Part shown: positions 60,461-64,000 of the stretch, in pieces
Position numbering within the stretch: the first letter of the stretch is position 1
Layout: the number at the start of each line of letters is the position of its first letter
NCBI GenBank assembly: GCA_965203325.1
Contig: OZ241875.1
Span: 608,001 to 672,000, forward strand
Reading direction: 5' to 3'
DNA from: a bacterium
GTDB lineage: Bacteria; UBA8248
Length of the DNA: 64,000 nt
Position numbers and translations under genes: made by a program
Notes under the pieces: generated by a model
What the model was told of the DNA's origin: nothing
Database searches by the model: none
Seen by the model: only the letters and a program-made list of their open reading frames with translations

Positions 60461-61474
60461 TCAGCAAAGAGAGCGCAGGAGGGATTTTCTCTCTTCGAGC
60501 TTCCAGACGCCCCCTTCGAGCCGCTCGCGCCGCCGGTCGGCGTGCCATTTGCGGTAGGCGATCACGCGGGGGGCTGAGATCATCTCGCTCTCCATCAACT
60601 GGGCCGCGAGCTTTTCCGGGATGGGCTTCGCGCTCCCGCCCACCGGGTAGCCGAACTCGACGAGCAACTCCCCCATCACCTCCTCGAGCGTGGACACGTC
60701 GTCCGCAGGCAGGCGCGTCTTGTACATCCCGCAGTATTCCGTGGAGATGGGCCGCCCGCTCTTCACGTGGTTGGGAAGGGAGCTCCAGCTCTTCGAGGAA
60801 TCCGTTTCGTGGTGGGCCAGCATCTGCGGGTCGAAATCCTCGCCCAGAAATCCGCACAGTTTTTTAAGTTCATTCTCAGGCTCCGCACACAAGTCCTCGT
60901 AACGGATGACGTAATAATCCGATTTCCCCATGCGTTTTCCCGATTCGTGCGCGGCGCCGGTGAAATCCTTCCAGACGTGGGCGCCCGAGTATACGTTCTC
61001 GGGCAGCATCTCGGGCGAATCGGCGATGTCGATCGCCATGTCGCGCCCGTCGCGCACGATGTGGACGAACTGCGCAGCCGGGAAATCCGCCTTGATCTCC
61101 TCCATCCAGAACGAATTGCGGGGGGATTTCTCGCCCCACCGCTCCTTTCCCGTGCGCTCGGCGTAGTGGCGGTGAAGCGCGTCGTAAAGCCCCCGGAAGG
61201 TAGGCTCGGCAGCAGCGGCAACGAGGTCCTCGGGCGTGATGTCTAGCTTCATGTTCTTGATGAAGGGGCTCTCGAAGATGTCCTCGGCGAGGGCCGCGAG
61301 GTTTTCCGGGCTTGATAAGTCGCCATAGCTGTAGAGGTAGGGGTAGACCATTTCGTACAGCCAGGCGGGGGAAGGCACCGCCAGGCGCGGGTGGGCGTCC
61401 AGGATGAGGCGGAACAGGGTCGAGCCTGAACGCGGGGCGCTGACGATGAATACGGGTCTGGAAAAATCCGGCAT
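60461..61474 (-). CDS. Sulfotransferase family protein (paralog of 48072-49085)
   Basis: Same 337-aa length; PRSGSTL, WGEKSP, VRDGRD. Confidence 0.9.
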   Translation of the reverse strand: MPDFSRPVFIVSAPRSGSTLFRLILDAHPRLAVPSPAWLYEMVYPYLYSYGDLSSPENLAALAEDIFESPFIKNMKLDITPEDLVAAAAEPTFRGLYDALHRHYAERTGKERWGEKSPRNSFWMEEIKADFPAAQFVHIVRDGRDMAIDIADSPEMLPENVYSGAHVWKDFTGAAHESGKRMGKSDYYVIRYEDLCAEPENELKKLCGFLGEDFDPQMLAHHETDSSKSWSSLPNHVKSGRPISTEYCGMYKTRLPADDVSTLEEVMGELLVEFGYPVGGSAKPIPEKLAAQLMESEMISAPRVIAYRKWHADRRRERLEGGVWKLEERKSLLRSLC

Positions 61475-61718
61475 GTTTCCTCCTTCATGGATTATCGGGC
61501 GTGCCCCTATTCAGGCGGTTTCTCCCCCGCCCTCGATTGCATGGCGTGTGGGCGCATTATACGGGCGCGCCCCCCCGGAGCCTAATCAGTTGGGAAGATC
61601 GTCGAATGAAGGAGAGGTATAAACCTCTCGCTTTTCCATCCTTGCAACCGCGTGGATGATGCGATTTACTGAAAACCCTGTCCTCATCAACCAATACGAG
61701 CCTGAAAGGAGTTCTCAG

Positions 61719-62531
61719 ATGGCCGGATTCGCCTTCGATTTCGTTCCCCTCCCTGAAGAGCGGAGCATGGAAAAACCCAGAACCAGCGGGATCACCATGA
61801 TGATCGACAAGGGGGAGACCATCGAATATCTCCGGGGGCTCCTGCGGATGAGCGGCCCGTTCATTGACCTGGGCAAAATCGCGGTGGGCACCTCGCGCCT
61901 CTATCTCGAGGATTACTACCGCGAGAAGCTCGAACTCTTCAAAAGCCACGATATCAAGCCCTTCATCGGCGGGCAGTTCCTGGAGTTCATCTTCGCCACG
62001 CAGGGCTGGGGCGGGGTTCAGCCCTATTTCGAGGCGGCGGCGGAATACGGGGTCGAGGCGATAGAGATTTCCGACAACTGCGTTTCTCTTACAGACGGCG
62101 AAAGGGAGCGGATGGTGCGCTCAGCAATAGACGCAGGGCTGGAGGTGCACGGCGAGGTGGGCTCCAAGACCGGCAAGCAGGACGTGGCGGAGTTGATCTC
62201 ACAGGCGAACATCTGCATGGATGCGGGCGCCTCGGTGGTGCTGTTCGAGGCGGCGGAACTCATGCCGGGCGGCGCGGCCGACCGCGCTCTGATCGATTCG
62301 ATCCGGGAGCAGATGGACGTCCGCAAGGTGATTTTCGAGCTTCCCGGCTGGTGGATCGAAGGCACCACGAACAACGTCATCTACGAGCTACAGAAGTTCC
62401 TGCTCACCGAATTCGGCCCTGACGTGAACATCGGGAACGTGCCTCCCTGGATGACGTTCAATCTCGAAGCCCTGCGCTGCGGCCTCAGTTCGGTCGGCCC
62501 GACGGAGCGGACCTTCGAATCTGCGGGATGA
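61719..62531 (+). CDS. comA: Phosphosulfolactate synthase (ComA)-like protein
   Basis: KPR..GITMMIDKG, IEISD, EVGSK, FGPDVNIGNV, LEALR.GL. Confidence 0.75.
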   Translation: MAGFAFDFVPLPEERSMEKPRTSGITMMIDKGETIEYLRGLLRMSGPFIDLGKIAVGTSRLYLEDYYREKLELFKSHDIKPFIGGQFLEFIFATQGWGGVQPYFEAAAEYGVEAIEISDNCVSLTDGERERMVRSAIDAGLEVHGEVGSKTGKQDVAELISQANICMDAGASVVLFEAAELMPGGAADRALIDSIREQMDVRKVIFELPGWWIEGTTNNVIYELQKFLLTEFGPDVNIGNVPPWMTFNLEALRCGLSSVGPTERTFESAG

Positions 62532-63039
62532 GGAAGAAGTTGGGGAAATTTTTTCTGGAACAATCAAGAGACTGAACATCGACATTACAGCCTGCCCCGC
62601 GCAAAAAAACAACTTGCATCGAAAATTTTACAAGGAGCTATTTTGCTTCGCCCGTTTAGAGTCATTGGTCTTTTTCCAACGGCCAAAATATCTCAAAGGT
62701 ATCATTGAAAAAATTCAATCTTTTCAGTCTCGGTTTGAATCCAGTTTTCCCAGCAAATCATAACGAAAGTGGGTCAAGAATAACTCCTCGGCAACCTGGA
62801 GTTTCTCTGTCGGGGCGTCCTCTAAAAACTGGCGTGAGAAGGTTTACTTGTTGTCATATTCTTGAACTAGCGCCTCGACCAATGGGTCATCGGTCCCGAC
62901 CACGAGCAAGGTTCGCCCGGAAACTCTGCCATGCAAACAGTCCCAGGAAGTGTTTCCTTTTACAAGAGCAGGCCCACCTCACGGTTTGCACATCATTTGC
63001 TTCGGTCAGTGCGCTTCCCGGGCAATTTCCCTCATCACC

Positions 63040-63313
63040 GAGAAGCCACGAACTCTCCTACGGCGGCGTGATGACGCCGGAACTCATCAAAACGCGCATG
63101 CCGAGGCAGACGGCCCTCTTTGAACTCACGGTCGGTAAGGACGGGATAGCGGACCTGGGTTTCGTACCAGCCTTGATTGACGATGCCGGCAATTCCGGCC
63201 TGGTCGAAGGCGAGAGAGCCGAAGAGGTAATCGACTTGGTGGAGAGGCTCTCGGCGGAGTTCGCCACCCGGATCACCTGGAGGGACGGCATGGGGAAAAT
63301 TGTTTTGGGATAG
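63040..63313 (+). pseudogene. C-terminal remnant, possibly of a CapA/PGA_cap-family metallophosphoesterase
   Basis: FVPALID..G...LVEGERAEEVI..VERLSAEF resembles CapA C-termini. No plausible N-terminus upstream. Confidence 0.4.
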
Positions 63314-63346
63314 AAGGCTTTGCGCCATAAGCGATGAGGATTGGCA

Positions 63347-64000
63347 ATGGACATGGGTCTGGAGGGGAAGGTTGCTCTCGTCACCGGAGGGACAAGCGGG
63401 ATTGGAAAGGCGACGGTCTTGGCCTTGGCGGACCAAGGTGTGAAGGTCGCCTTCTGCGGCCGGAATCAAGCCCGCCTGGACGCCGCACTTAAGGCGGTGG
63501 AGGAACAAGGCGGCGTGGGGCTCTCGCTACGTGCGGACATCAGCGTGGAGGAGGAAGCCTCGGAGGTTGCGTCCCGTGTGGTCGAGTCATACGGGCGGCT
63601 GGACATCCTCGTGAACAACGCCGGCCGCGCGGCGCCGAGTACGTTTTCCTCGCTGACGTCGGCGCAGATCCGAAAGACCGTGGACACGAAGATCGTCGGT
63701 TATCTCGTGATTTCGCGCGAGGCGGCGCATTTTATGAAAAAACAAGACAGGGGACGGATCATCAACATGATCGGAGGAACCGGGAAGGAACCCCTGCCCG
63801 GCGTTTTGGGAGGAAGCACGACGAACGCAGCGCTCCTGGGCCTGAGCAAGGGTCTCTCCCAAGCCTTGGTCAAAGACAATATCCTGGTGAACACGATCTG
63901 TCTGGGGCAGATCGATACGCCCATGCAGGACTGGATGACGGAGCAACTTGCCGAAGAACGCGGGATGTCGATCGACGAGATGCGCCGGGCTCGTGAATCG
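63347..64000 (+). CDS. SDR-family oxidoreductase (3' truncated by window edge)
   Basis: MDMGLEGKVALVTGGTSGIG, LDILVNNAG. Confidence 0.88.
   Translation, partial: MDMGLEGKVALVTGGTSGIGKATVLALADQGVKVAFCGRNQARLDAALKAVEEQGGVGLSLRADISVEEEASEVASRVVESYGRLDILVNNAGRAAPSTFSSLTSAQIRKTVDTKIVGYLVISREAAHFMKKQDRGRIINMIGGTGKEPLPGVLGGSTTNAALLGLSKGLSQALVKDNILVNTICLGQIDTPMQDWMTEQLAEERGMSIDEMRRARES

Noticed and set aside
62705..63040. N-terminal part of the 202-aa ORF
   Set aside because: Not protein-like and AT-richer; probably decayed sequence fused in frame to a remnant.

Overview
Bacterial chromosomal window with an accessory left part and a GC-richer metabolic right part. 1-15.9 kb is the right arm of a defence island: a McrB-like GTPase (partial), a DUF2357/McrC-like protein and a degenerate Hsp70-fold protein, then integrase and HU remnants, a Gabija pair, an orphan restriction-endonuclease-fold gene, a frameshifted IS256 and small ORFs. 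It ends at a duplicated tRNA-Leu-like 3' end (att) with an IHF site. 16-22.6 kb holds a CHASE2 class III cyclase convergent with a FecR/TbpB-like protein and a Slam-like outer-membrane protein. 23.0-26.5 kb is an unusual array in which the 3' end of the peptide deformylase gene recurs twice in degenerate form, each copy preceded by an orphan ribbon-helix-helix antitoxin and separated by cargo genes. Further right lie a stand-alone OLD nuclease, four MITE-like elements with shared terminal repeats and variable palindromic payloads, and a non-canonical SDH-like + Fe-S hydratase + 2-hydroxyacid dehydrogenase operon. These are followed by an M16 peptidase pair, leuCD-like genes and a ~16 kb organosulfur cluster (Sat without a kinase domain, two sulfotransferases with Asp at the PAPS 3'-phosphate Ser position, Ntn hydrolase, DUF3604, TAXI-TRAP and TTT transporters, ComA-like). 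All calls are by motif recognition; no searches were run.
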